A DNA stretch of 64,000 nucleotides from Octopus sinensis (lineage: Eukaryota). Below the pieces are notes generated by a model. The model searched no databases. It was not told the DNA's origin and worked only from the letters and a program-made list of their open reading frames with translations. The stretch spans positions 49,724,001 to 49,788,000 of the forward strand of contig NC_043008.1 in the NCBI RefSeq assembly GCF_006345805.1, given 5' to 3'. Below are positions 1-12,591 of this stretch, piece by piece (the stretch's first letter is position 1; each line of letters begins with the position of its first letter). Both the position numbers and the translations under genes were made by a program.

Positions 1-1464
1 ATTTTTTATTTAATTATAGAAAATATACCAGCCTAAAATTATTTGTAACTGTTTTTACATATTAAAAACATTGTAACTTGGAGTAACTAAGCTATACCAA
101 TGCCTAACAGACAGAACACTCATCGTTGCACTTCTCACCTGCAAATTAGTTTGAAAAATTAATTCTAAATTTTAAAAAATGATCTCCCCTTTTCCTTGAG
201 AGTTGCCAACAATTGCAACTAGATTTTCATTTTCTTCCCCTACATAAAAAGGAAATTTCAATTAATTAAGAATTGTTTGTATGCATCAGGTAGTGTATCA
301 ACCCTTAGATTATACAATGTTTTAAACTCAGAACAATCTTTTTATATCCATTTTCATGTGTCAACATTGATTGGAAAAGTTGTCGAAAATTTCACTAATG
401 ACATGTGATTGACTGGAGATATTGATTTTACTGCTGTTTTTCTTTCTTCTGCTGACTACACAACTGTGGATTGAACCACTAAATGTAGAATAATGTGTCT
501 TTCCTAGGGATTGAATAGCAACAATAAAATTTGAACTGATAATATTGATCTTTGTTGTTGAGCATATTAATCTTACAATTATTATGCTTCTTTGGGTGTG
601 GGTGTGTGGGGTGTGGAGGGATGTGGTCTGTGTGTGTGTGTGTGTGTGTATGTGTGTGTGCTGTATACATGGATTTTAAAGATGAATGCAAGAAAAAGAA
701 AGAAAAAAGAAAAGAATAAAATCATTTTTAAAGGAAAATCTTACATCTTTCTAATTCAGAATCAACTGTTGAACAATCTGCCTGGCACTTAGCAACATAC
801 ATTTCATGAAGATGGTGATTTTGAACAAATGCCTAAAACAGAATGATTCAGCAAAGTTAACAACAGAGCAATATTTAAAATAATTTGATGATGATGATAA
901 CAATGGTGATCATGATGACTATCACGATGATGATGATCATCATTATCATCATCATGATCATGAGGTTATTCATGACAATGACAGTAAAACTTTTATAGTG
1001 TACAGCTTGTATTATGTTTCTCAATCCAAGATTGCTTTGAAGCTGTGTACACACACGTGCACACATTCATATATGAATATGTATACATATGTGTGTGTGT
1101 TTGTGTGTGTGTGTGCATGTGTGTGTATATGTGTGTACTCATGTATAAGTATTTATACACACACATATGCATGAATATACGTATATGTGTGTTAATGTTT
1201 CTCTATGTCTATGTTTATGTAAGGTCCTATATTTTTGTGTGCGTGTGTACATTGTTATGCAAGTATATGTATGTGCATATACATCTCTCTATATATATGT
1301 TTATGTATGTATATATATGTCCGGAGGTGGTTAGTGTTTGTATGTATGTGTGTATGTTTGTAATTAAACATTCCCTATTTAAACAGTGAATAACAAACTC
1401 TAAAATAACAGTTTGAAAACCACTTTTATCATTATCTGGTCACAGAAGCCTCCCTATAATTTTA

Positions 1465-1628
1465 GGCGCAGGTGTGGCTATGTGGTAAGAAGGTTGCTTC
1501 CCAACCACATGGTTCTGGGTTCAGTCCCACTGTGTGGCATCTTGGGCAAGTGTCTTCTACTATAGCCGAGGGCTGACCAAATGTTTGTTTGTGGATCTGG
1601 TGGACAAAAACTGGTATAAGTCTGTCAT
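1465..1628 (+). mobile_element. tRNA-derived SINE, 5' part (duplicated near 58601)
   Basis: A-box-like TGGCTATGTGGT, B-box-like GGTTCAGTCC, then the TTGGGCAAGTGTCTTC core seen in other SINE copies here; runs into (TA)n. Confidence 0.8.
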
Positions 1629-1629
1629 G

Positions 1630-1660
<31 letters not shown>

Positions 1661-1679
1661 TATATATATATAGATATAG

Positions 1680-1743
<64 letters not shown>

Positions 1744-1861
1744 ATATATATATATATTTGCGGATCTGGTAGACAAAAACTGGAATAAGTCCGTCATGTA
1801 TATATATATATATATACATGTATATATATATACATGTATATATATATATATATACATACAT

Positions 1862-1896
<35 letters not shown>

Positions 1897-1897
<1 letters not shown>

Positions 1898-3964
1898 CTT
1901 ATTATAAAAGGCAGATTTTATCTGCCTCCCTTTGTAACTTATAGAAATCTACAATATAGGATTTCTTCAATTACAATTTAGTTAGCATTTTTAAGAGTAG
2001 AATGCATCGGGTCATGCCAGGTCCAGTTTTTAAAATTTAAACTCCAATTAAGCAAAATTTACAGAAAACTCACATTCTGGTGTGTATGTCAAATGCTTTT
2101 CTTAATGTGGTTTACACCACACGCACACGCACACACACAGTGTGCAACGAATAAAATGAAAGTAAATAGCGACAGAGTGATTTGAGGAAGACTAAACAGA
2201 AAGTATTTAAACCACTACTCAAAAAATAAAAAAACACAGCAAACAGAAACAAATAAATACATAACGATTTACTCCTCACACAATTTCTTCAATTAGAGTT
2301 TACCTAAGATTTTTGAAAGTACTCCATTCGGTCATGCCATAATATATTTCTTTCAATTTCACAAAATTAAGACAAAATTCGAGAAAACTCAATATTTTAA
2401 CATTTCACTCTGAAAGCATTGGCACAGGAGTGGCTGTGTGGTATGTAGCTTGCTAACCAGCCACATGGTTCCGGGTTCAGTCCCTCTGCGTGGCATCTTG
2501 GGCAAGTGTCTTCTGCTATAGCCCCGGGCCGACCAATGCCTTGTGGGTGGATTTGGTAGACGGAAACTGAAAGAAGCCTGTCGTATATATGTATATATAT
2601 ATAAGTGTGTGTGTATATGTTTGTGTGTCTGTAGTTTGTCCCCCTAGCATTGCTTGACAACCGATGCTGGTGTGTTTACGTCCCCGTCACTTAGCGGTTC
2701 GGCAAAAGAGACTGATAGAATAAGTACTGGGCTTACAAAGAATAAGTCCCGGGGTCGATTTGCTCGACTAAAGGCGGTGCTCCAGCATGGCCGCAGTCAA
2801 ATGACTGAAACAAGTAAAAGAGTAAAAGAGTAAAGTACATGTGTGCATGCGTGAGTGTGTGTGTGTGTGTGTGTTTGATGGGTTGTGCGACACAGAAAGT
2901 GTGGTGTGTAAGTGAAGTGCTTTTGTTAGTGTGTGTAAAGAGACAGACAGAGTGAAAGACAGAAATAACTGAACTTTTTTTATTCACTTTTTGTAGTGAG
3001 TGACTGAGAGAGAAAAGAGAGAGAGAGGTTATGTATGCATATATGTATGTATGGCTTCAGTGACACACACACAAAAACACATACCTACGTACACCTAAAG
3101 CACGCACACACACACACACACAAGCGGAGCGCGAACTTCAAAATTTTGGTAGTATTAATTTGCGAGCGTACTTCTAAGCGTGCGTAATTGAAAGTTTTTA
3201 CTATGATATCATCACGTGCGAAAAAATTCGAAGGGTTTTGAACAATTGAGATACACATGTCACACCTGTATTGAAACCATTGCTAAGCTGCCGTAATTGC
3301 TTAATTAAGACTTTGTTTAAATTGAAAGGGGCAAATATGTGACGAGGTTGAAAAAAAATACCCCAGAAAAAAAAATGTACTGCTGGTATTTATATAATTC
3401 ACTACTATTTTGCTACAATGTCATGAAAAAGAAAAAATTTAGGTATGTAAATCGAATTCGCCACTCCCTTTTCCCCGTTCGCGTTTGTGTAAAAAAAATT
3501 ATTATTGAAGTTTTAAAAATTATTTACTTTGTTCAAAAAATATTAATATTAATTAATTTTCAAGAATTATTTAATTTTATTCTGTAAAATAGTAATTAAA
3601 TCATTTATCTATAAATCCGCGAGGTTGTTACTCAGGCACCTAGAATGGTAACCTTCAACTAACACTATCTCCTCCGAGACCCTGCGGCGCAAGTTGACCA
3701 AAATTGAGAGTATGGTAGAAGAAGGGTTGCTCTTCCTTCCGTAGAACATAAAATTCAAATCGGACCATGTTAACACCAAAAATTATTTACATCAAAAAGA
3801 TGCTTTTTTCTATGAAAATCCCTATTTTTTACGATTTTTTCACTGCTGTGTTGCCACTTTTCGGTGTATTTCGACCAGAAAAATGTTCACAAAATTTTTA
3901 ATTTTCAAAATTACAATTCCAGCGGGTTGAAACAAACCCGAGCAACGCCGGGCGATACTGCTAG
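1897..3964 (+). mobile_element. Non-autonomous Helitron-like element with a nested SINE
   Basis: Starts TC (TCTTATTATAAAAGGCAG) after an A. Ends with hairpin CCCG-AGCAACGC-CGGG (3937..3952) and CTAG (3961..3964) before a T. No TSD; sits in (TA)n. Confidence 0.8.
2421..2830 (+). mobile_element. Full-length tRNA-derived SINE (duplicate at 59583..59992)
   Basis: Pol III A/B boxes, core GGCAAGTGTCTTC, 3' body ending CCAGCATGGCCGCAGTCAAATGACTGAAACAAG, and (TAAAAGAG)n tail. Partial copies near 4370-4540, 27480-27600, 29360-29555. Confidence 0.85.
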
Positions 3965-3973
3965 TATATATAT

Positions 3974-4065
<92 letters not shown>

Positions 4066-4103
4066 CACACACACACACACACACACCACACACACACACA
4101 CAC

Positions 4104-4148
<45 letters not shown>

Positions 4149-5036
4149 TATATATATGTATATATGGACTGATAATATTGATCTTTGTTGTTGAGCATAT
4201 TAATCTTACAATTGTTATGCCTCTTTGTGTGTATGTGCGTGTTGGGGGTATGTACGTGTGCTGTATACAAGGATTTTAAAGATGAATGCAAGAAAAAGAA
4301 AGAAAAAAGAAAAGAATAAAATCATTTTTAAAGGAAAATATATGTATATATATATATGTATGTGTGTTTGTGTTTGTTTGTCCCCACCACCATTGCTTGA
4401 CAACTGTTGTTGTGCATTTACATCGCTATAAACTAGCAGGTTGGCAGAAGAGACCAACAGAATAAGAACCAAGCTTACAAAGAAAAATTCCAGGAGTCAA
4501 TTTCTTCAACTAAAAGCTGATTCTCCAGCATGGCCATAGTCAATTTAAACAAAGTCTTAATTAAGCAATTACGGCAGCTTAGCAATGGTTTCAATACAGG
4601 CGTGACATGTGTATCTCAATTGTTCAAAACCCTTCGAATTTTTTCGCACGTGATGATGCATATAGCTTTTATTGCATAGTTCAGAGATAAAACTTATACA
4701 AAGGGCATTAAGTTCAATTCCTTATAGATGAAAACTTTCAAGCTCTTTGCATCCAAGTTTATATTCAAATATACTGAATACCTGCAAAGAAAGCCAACTG
4801 TTACATAACTTTTGCTTTTCTGAAACAGCTGTCAAGTGAAGACATTACATAATTTCTTTATGTTTTTCTTTTTTTAGAATGTGTGCTATGCTATTGGTGT
4901 TATAAAATACCAGTTTAATCTTATTTCATTTAAAATAGAATAAATTTTGATAAAATAGGTATATTAGTGTGTGTGTGTGTGTATGTGTGCATGTGCATGC
5001 ATATGTGTGTATGTGTGTGTGTTTTAATTTACTTAC

Positions 5037-5233
5037 CTTATAAGCCTTAGGGTAAGGTAGCTTAATATAACTTGGTTTTACTTCATCATTCAATTTAAAT
5101 GTAATTTCAAAACATTTAGGATCTTTTGAAGCTGCCACTTCTCTTATGAATACCTTGTTAAGAATCATGCGAACTGAAGTGCGATACACCACAGTATGAC
5201 AAGCTTTTACATCCCATATTGTGGCATGAGTAT
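5037..5233 (-). CDS. Receptor gene, left copy: domain-1 exon (phase 1-0, 197 bp)
   Basis: Acceptor TTTTTTCTATTTGCCAG and donor AAG|GTAAGT. Open frame THATIWDVKACH...LPYPKAYK. Confidence 0.85.
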
Positions 5234-6383
5234 CTGGCAAATAGAAAAAAGGGAAACAAATTTATCTTTGTAACATCTAAAAACTTTTACAATACAATGT
5301 GAATAGTTAGTCAACTGTTCTATTCCAATATTCAGTTATTGGTTTCAATCAGATGCTGTGGCCGAGCTGGTGCACCAGTCTAGTTATTCAAAGAAAACTA
5401 GTAAAGAACATGGAAATTGTTTTTGAAAATAACATGAGAATATGAATAATCATGTAAATTTGGATTCTTTACTAATTTTTTCTAAAGAAAATTTTCTTTT
5501 CCCTTTTTGCATGTTTTTTTCATGAATCAAACTTAAATTTGAATCTAGGTAATTTTTTTAACAACATCCACTCTAATTTCATGACTGAGTGGTTGATGTT
5601 AAAGCAGCAGAAAGAGTTACTTAATCACTATGGTCAAAATTTGTCTACCATTGTCTTTTACATTTCAATGTCCTTTAGATCAATGCTAAAATGCAAAAAG
5701 AAAAATAAGAGAGAGAGAAGTCAAAAAGCTCTCAACAAAAGAATAATTTCTCAAATGAAACTTCACCACCTCTACATCATTATTATCCTTGCCATCATCA
5801 TCCTCGTAACCACCACCACTACCACCATAATCATCATCATCATCATCACCACCACCACCATAGCCATCATATGGATGGATGAATGGATGGATGGATGGAA
5901 AAGTGTTAAAGGTTTCTGTACAAATGTTATATAAATTTTTAAAATGGGTAAAAATGCACAGTTACATTAGGAGAAATATGGTAATATTTCATGACAAATT
6001 TAATTCATTTAAATCTATCCAATGTTATTAACTTACATAACTGGTTTTATCCATTGTAGTTGTGGATTTATAAAGTGAAAGTAGCTATAGTGTTTGCAAT
6101 ATAAAGGGTTAGAGTTTTGTAACTGGACACACAACTAGGGTAACAAGATAAAACACAAAATATGAAAGGATATGGCCTTTAGACTGTAAGGTTAGGAAGG
6201 GTACATTAGAAATTTGAGTGACAAGATAGGATTTTTAAATGAAGGACTGCCCTAGAGAGATTGATAGGCAGATACATGGAGAGAATCAGCAATATAGGTA
6301 GATAGATTAATAATTATTCTTTCATGTAAGACAAGGAGTGGTTAGTTGAACTTTGGTTTCAGGCTTGTCAAAAATATTTCAAA

Positions 6384-6570
6384 GTGCCTTCTTTAGTAAT
6401 CCATCATGATTACTAGCAACAATAACCAAATAGCCCTTATATTTTGGAGTGCCTACTTTGGTAATCCATCAAGATTACTAGCAACAACAACCAAATAGCC
6501 CTTATATTTTGGAGTGCCTACTTTGGTAATCCATCAAGATTACTAGCAACAACAACCAAATAGCCCTTAT
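6384..6570 (+). repeat. 65-bp minisatellite, about 2.9 copies (duplicate near 63552..63738)
   Basis: CTTT(A/G)GTAATCCATCA.GATTACTAGCAAC... starts at 6391, 6456 and 6521. Confidence 0.95.
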
Positions 6571-7084
6571 GATAAATACAAAGACACAAACATAGATACA
6601 CACGTTCATATTTACTCATACACACATACATATATTCTCATACACACACACATACATAATGACTTGCACCCATGCACACATGAGTTAATGGTAGATTGTA
6701 TATATCAAAAACTATGTGAATATATGTGTGTGTGCGCGTGTGCATGTGTGTCCATACAAGTGTATCCTAAGTTGCCTGAAATTGTTTGTCAATTATTCCA
6801 GCAAGGCTTTTATTTCATAATAAATTTTCTTCCTTTATTTGTTCATAGATGTTACATGGTAGAATCTGAGCATTTGTAAAATGGAAAAATCTTTAAATTG
6901 GGTGGTTCCATTTCAGTATAAGTTACTATGTGTTCCTGTTTCTTTCTTTCTTTTTTTCTCCCCTTATTTCTTGCTTGTGCATCATCAATTGTCCACAAAG
7001 TGATAATCCCATCAGTCTGATGCAGTTTCTACAGTTTGTTATGGCATAAATTGAGTATAAGAAGTTGCAAGAGAAATTTTATTT

Positions 7085-7350
7085 TACTTTGAAGACATGT
7101 CTGTGCTTAAATTTGAATTCCAAGCTATCATTTAAGTACAGACATGTACCACAGTTCAGGCTACCACATTTAGAAATCATGGGGTTGGGCAATTGTTTGA
7201 AAAGCTTTGCTGAAAGTTAGAATATTCTTGTAAGTCTTTGGTTACCTTTTGTTTTCAATAACAAATTGATTTTCTAGTAATTTTTCCATGTTTTGATTTT
7301 CAAGGTTCGTTGTTTTGTATGTAGTTAAATATTTCACAATTTCTTGGTTT
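7085..7350 (-). mobile_element. Degenerate Penelope-like retroelement fragment (linker before the GIY-YIG domain)
   Basis: Minus-strand frames read NMEKLLENQFVIENK and then PMISKCGSLNCGTCLYLNDSLEFKFKHRHVFKV. The KC-x4-C-x2-C motif resembles the PLE Zn-finger-like linker. Frameshifted. Confidence 0.55.
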
Positions 7351-8579
7351 AAATGTAGAGACATAAAGTAAAACATTTTGTGAGGGGCTTTACTTTTTAC
7401 TTTTCTAAGAAAATGGAGATATAAACATTTTTACTCTTTCTATTCCATTCACAATAAGATTGAATGGAAATGCTCTTTCAATTAGTATTTCTTTCAGCTC
7501 TTCCAGTCTGTGTAAATGGCTCATGCTGGTTTACCATATGCCACATGGTCATGGCAGATGAGAAGGTATCTCACGTAGATAGAAACTGACTGGGACTATG
7601 TTCAACTGGTCACCCAAGAGGACCCAGAAATATACTGATAAATGCTAAATAAAGCAGCATGCTGCAACAGCACTTTCCCTCACACTTGATCTGGCCTTTC
7701 AGACTTTGATTATGTTTTTTTAACATTTGACACAATCGTGCAAATCCTTTCTGCTAAGTTGGAGGGAATGTTTGTTTTTCTTTTTCTTATGTTTAGAATG
7801 AAGGATATAAGAAGATATTGTTTGGAATCCATGGTTTTTGTAAAATTTGACCATTTTACAAATGTTCAGACTCTACCACAGAACAATACAAAATGAATAA
7901 AAAAACCCTGCTTGAATGCATGACAAACAATTTCTTAGACATGGATGTGTGATTTCAGACACACTTCCATGGACTAACACACCCGTATTCATATAGTATT
8001 TAGATATAGCATTATACTATTAACCTCTGTGTGTGTGTGTGTGTGTGTGTGCATCTTAATATGTAAAAGAAAACACTTTTTTTTTAAAGGTACCTAAGGA
8101 CCATTTGGTGACATTAAAGTGAGAGGAGGTTGAAGTCTGTAATAGGAATGCTCTCTCTGATGGATTCCTACTTTCTATCTCTCTACCAATTATGATGTTT
8201 TAACTGAGATCACTTTCACATTTATGTTACTATATTTATGTTGCCTTTGTCTATTTATATTGAAAATAATGAAGAATTCAGTAAAATAATGTAGTTATTT
8301 TCAAGCTTATGTTTTAAACTCAAATTAACATGAAATTTAGATGCCAGGTTTTAATTTCAAGTACTTTAAAACAGGTAGTTACTATCATATAATCAGGTGC
8401 AATCTCAGGTGGTTTGCTTTTAAGAAAGTTTGAACCAAGTAATAGATGAAGTCCACCACCCAAGAATAGGAACAAAAATGAACTCTACAAGCAGCTTCTA
8501 CAAATCTCCACATATGAAGTTCCACTCCACAGTCTCTAGTCAGCCTGAGACTACTGTGTAAGACAGTAATCCAAGGTAC

Positions 8580-8597
8580 CATACAACAGAAAGTGTC
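8580..8597 (-). CDS. Possible optional 18-bp microexon (RHFLLY)
   Basis: Acceptor TTTGTTTTCAG, weak donor G|GTACCT, phase 1-1, 71-bp upstream intron. Not needed to keep the frame. Confidence 0.3.
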
Positions 8598-8668
8598 CTG
8601 AAAACAAACTTTTTGATCAAACACAGCCATGATTGCACAAATAAATATAAAAAACAAAGAGGACTTAC

Positions 8669-8723
8669 TTGTAAAATGGATTAATATGAAGACTAACATA
8701 CTTGAAAATGATAGCAGTAACAT
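8669..8723 (-). CDS. Receptor gene, left copy: first coding exon (signal peptide)
   Basis: Kozak-like ACCACCATG, MLLLSFSSMLVFILIHFT, phase-1 donor A|GTAAGT. Joins exon 5233 in frame (...HFT-N-THA/TIW), with a plausible -3/-1 cleavage site after THA. Confidence 0.75.
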
Positions 8724-9470
8724 GGTGGTAGATGGAATGAAGTGAGTATTCTTAACAAATAGTGGTTTTCCTTCTATTTCTTTGAAGATCTTTTGTAAAC
8801 AAAGTTGATTAGAATTTCTATATCAAATGTTCTTAATGATGGGTATTATTAATTTCTTTACTTTCATCTGTTGAACTGTATTTACAAACTGTAAAGGAGA
8901 AAACAGAATAAATTATAGCCTTTTGTCAGTTGATATTTCAATCCTATAATCCTTTCATATATAGACACATATCCTGAAATTTGGGGAGAAGGGACTACTT
9001 GATTACATTGATCCCAGTGCACTATTGGTAGTTCAATGGAGTAAGATAAACAAGACCGTTAAATGGGATAAGATAAATAAATAAATGAATGAAAAAATGG
9101 TATATGTGGCACAACATATGAAGTTCCACTCCACAGTCTTTAGTCAACCTGCTTTATTACCAAATATGATAAATATTTTTAGCCTATCAATGGCAATACC
9201 ATACAACATTGGAAACAGAAACAGCTGTTAGATGGGATGCAGTCTATCTATATGGTATTAATAAGTAATAATCTATGTAAGTCAAATTTTGATTCCTGAT
9301 AAACTCCTGTTTATCCTTGTCTTTACCTGTAGTTTATGAGAATAATATGCTTGCATATGTATGCCCATGGTTAAACATAGGTAATGTACCAGTTATATAA
9401 TGGATACTTTTATCCTTTAGATGGTTATTTTAACCTCTAACCCAGCAAATTTTATATATTCCCAATACAC

Positions 9471-9641
9471 TCACAGAGTGGTTGGCGTTAGGAAGGGCAT
9501 CCAGCTGTAGAAGCACTGCCAGATCAGACTGGAGCCTGGTGAAGCCTCCTGGCTTTCCAGACCCTGGTTGAACCGTCCAACCCATGCTAGCATGGAAAAC
9601 GGAAGTTAAACGATGATGATGATGATGATGATGATGATGAT
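9471..9641 (+). mobile_element. RTE-family 3' tail fragment ending in (GAT)n
   Basis: GAGTGGTTGGCGTTAGGAAGGGCATCCAGC...CCCATGCTAGCATGGAAA...(GAT)n matches the tail of the RTE copies at 33940, 13630 and 52070. Further tail fragments near 38400-38581 and 46440-46625. Confidence 0.85.
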
Positions 9642-10639
9642 AATATATATATACATATATATATTAAATTCTCTTCAACCCAAACACCACCTCTCTTTCT
9701 CACTCTCTCTCTCTCTCTCTCACTATATATATAGTGAGAGAGGTGGTATTTGGACTAAAGAGGATTTCTTTTATATCTTTCCCAGGAACAGCTTCATGTA
9801 TTGATGAACAGTCAATCAGTCAATGGCATTGGAGAGTATAAAGATTAAAGTTGTAGTTGAGAAAAAGTCAGCAGACATGGCAGACTAGAAGCCACCTGAA
9901 TATTGGCCAAAAGTTATCTGTATCGTGATGATTCATTCCTGGTATCAAAATGCTAATGTAGCAGTGATTTGAAACCCAACCACTAAATAACCAGTTAGTC
10001 ATCACGACTGAGTCACAATAGTTTCACATGATCAGTCTATTAAGCAATCAATCACCTTCAAGTTGTGACATGGTTTAGTCTTCTAGAATATTCATCTTGT
10101 CACCTATAAAAAATTGCTATGGTATGAAACTCTTTGCAGCTGAGTGACATATGCCTCCATTCTTGCCATCTGATGTTTCCAGACATTTGCACAGACAACT
10201 CCAGGTTCTTGGACAGACCAAACTGAACATTCACACAATGTTTTATAAGGAACTTCTTCAAATGCTTTATTCTTCTTTCCCAGTCTGTAATTATTAATGT
10301 TGTTAGTTGTAAATATCCCATGGTGATCACCTTTGTGTGCAATGGTGACTATTTCAGTTAAAATTTCATGGGTTTTGCTTCAATTATTCATGCAACCAAC
10401 GAAATAGATCTTCATTCACCAACTCATCTATATCGATCACCAACTACACATGGTGACACCAACATCATGACTGTTGCTCAATGTTCTGTAAACACTGTAA
10501 AGGCTGTAAGATGTGACATGGTCAGCTGCAATGGAGTGTACAAAAGTGTGGCCAACAGGAAGGGACACAGCAGGCATTCTGACTGCATCTGATTGCCCTC
10601 ATCTTTGAACAGGGCCTTAGGCTCAATTTGGATGCCTGT

Positions 10640-11007
10640 ATGAAGCTGTTGAAAACTGTGATCAAACTGATGAGGCTTGCTGCTGGAAGACCATGTGTAT
10701 AGCAGCAGGATTCGACACTTTGCCATATTTCTGAAAAGAGAAGTGGTTGCTGGAGAATTTCTACAACTTTACCAGCTCCAATTTCTGGCTTCCTAATTCA
10801 CTTGATTGTACTCCCATGGATTACTATGTGTGGGGTTTAGTTGAGAAAGACACCAACCACTCTGCCACCAGTACTAAGGCCAACTTGGTGGCCAAGATCA
10901 AAGAAATGTTTGAAGAGCTTCCCAGGGACACAGTGAAGAACACATGCACTAGGTTCCAGAGCTGTCTTCAGACCATTGTGGAAGCTGAGAGCTGCTACTT
11001 TGCATAA
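10640..11007 (+). mobile_element. Decayed IS630-Tc1-mariner transposase 3' part (maT/DD37D-like)
   Basis: ORF 10747..11007 contains WLPNSLDCTPMDYYVWG, resembling WPxxSPDLNPLDYxxW, followed by the typical C-terminal helices. Confidence 0.7.
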
Positions 11008-11259
11008 ATTATCATCTCTCAGCCATAACCTAGTTAATGTTTTTTTAAAATTTATTTAAATACTTTTATTTTGGGATGGGATATAATGTTTTCTTTTCTC
11101 TCAGTACTAACATCCTGTATCATCATCATCATCATTTAATGTCTGTGTTCCATGTTACCATGGGTGGAACATATATATTTATATACATACACACTCACAC
11201 ATACACGCACCTAGAGAGACAGACAGGCAGGCAGACAGATCGATCAATTGATAGATAGA

Positions 11260-11303
<44 letters not shown>

Positions 11304-11322
11304 ATATATTATATATATATAT

Positions 11323-11819
11323 ATTGATCAAAATAAAAACATGATGCGAAGGATTCAGCGGTACATATGTTTCGGGCCTTTATTAGACAGATTTATAACA
11401 ATGCATAATGTATGTCTGTGGCCTTCTTCAGCCGCGCACAACAGCTTCCACAAGGACATGTGTTACATCAAAAATTCTTGGTTGGGGATGCAAATCCTCC
11501 CATTCGCGTACGACATAATGCGGCAGCAGCATAGAATTGAAGCGTCCATCTCTTATCCATTTTTCCTCATCCTACATTGAGAGAAGAAAGAGATGGACGC
11601 TTCAATTCTATGCTGCTGCCTCATTATGTCGTACGCGAATGGGAGGATTTGCATCCCCAACCAAGAATTTTTGATGTAACACATGTCCTTGTGGAAGCTG
11701 TTGTGCGCGGCTGAAGAAGGCCACAGACATACATTATGCATTGTTATAAATCTGTCTAATAAAGGCCCAAAACATATGTACCGCTGAATCCTTCGCATCA
11801 TGTTTTTATTTTGATCAAT
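11323..11819. repeat. Near-perfect inverted repeat (arms 11323..11554 and 11588..11819, 33-bp spacer); foldback or MITE-like
   Basis: The arms are reverse complements with two mismatches found by eye; the ORF track shows the same peptide on both strands. Confidence 0.95.
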
Positions 11820-11886
11820 TTACTCCACCACCTACACCACCAAACGGTATACACAGGTGCTTATAATTATCAAGTACTCACCCCAA

Positions 11887-11925
<39 letters not shown>

Positions 11926-12591
11926 ATGTAGTAAGAAGAGAAAAATGTGGATTTAAAAATCCAGGCAAATACCAATAAAGCACTCAGTTTTAAATGAATT
12001 TGGATAACTATATCAAACAACAGACACCAGTAAATGCAAGTACAAAAAAAAATTAAAGGAAATTCTTCATGTATGACAAGTAGATCTAAATATCCTTTAG
12101 AAGAATTTCAAGAAATTCAGAGACAACAAAAATACGTATGGAGAAAATCAGATCTTTAATTGTAGAATTCACTTACAAAGCTAACAATTGTTTCTATTGT
12201 GTTAACATATTTAGACATAGAAGATAACATTCAAATTGATATTTCTGAAAATGCATGTTTTTTCACTCATAGAGTACATATGAGCTGTAAATCATTTTAT
12301 TAGGAAATTTTGGTTCTGCTTTATTAGTATGTTGGCAGCCACCAAGGAGTACATCATCCTGAAGATGGGGACATTACATATATGGAAGTTTTAATTTTTT
12401 AACCCTGACTGGTAATGCACCCCTGAAACGGCCATAGATGGAACACCCTCCTATTTTTCGGATCCTTTTTATTTACTGTTCTTAACCTTGGTATCTTGTG
12501 TCACTTTTATCTCATATTTTAGAATGTATTAGAAATTTTAGACAATTTAGAAGATCTGCCAGTTTGAAGACTGACATTTTTATTCCTATAT

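Larger units (their letters stand above)
1..6832 (+). repeat. Segmental duplication, copy A (direct repeat of 57137..64000)
   Basis: Position 1 (ATTTTTTATTTAATTATAGAAAATATACC) recurs at 57137. ORF-track entries recur at offsets of 57136-57169. The window's last bases match position 6832. Differences are mostly microsatellite lengths. Confidence 0.98.

Noticed and set aside
100-240. Exon-like fragments (EENENLVAIVG; EKCNDECSVC)
   Set aside because: Each hits a stop or needs a weak non-canonical donor, and neither fits the reconstructed phases.
2421-2500. Possible tRNA gene
   Set aside because: A and B boxes are present, but it continues into a SINE body and does not form a cloverleaf.
4700-4781. 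Candidate exon after acceptor TTCTTTGCAG, just downstream of the domain-1 exon
   Set aside because: It has an in-frame stop in copy A, a 1-bp indel between copies and no good donor. Exon 56680..56734 completes domain 1 without it.
8440-8560. VEWNFICG resembling the SLC22 transporter EW.L.C motif
   Set aside because: It is flanked by stops in that frame, partly repeated near 9115, and no other transporter exons are present.
8385-8668. Continuation of the 112-aa ORF beyond the signal peptide
   Set aside because: A strong GTAAGT donor at 8668 ends the exon; the remainder reads through intron and has no recognisable features.
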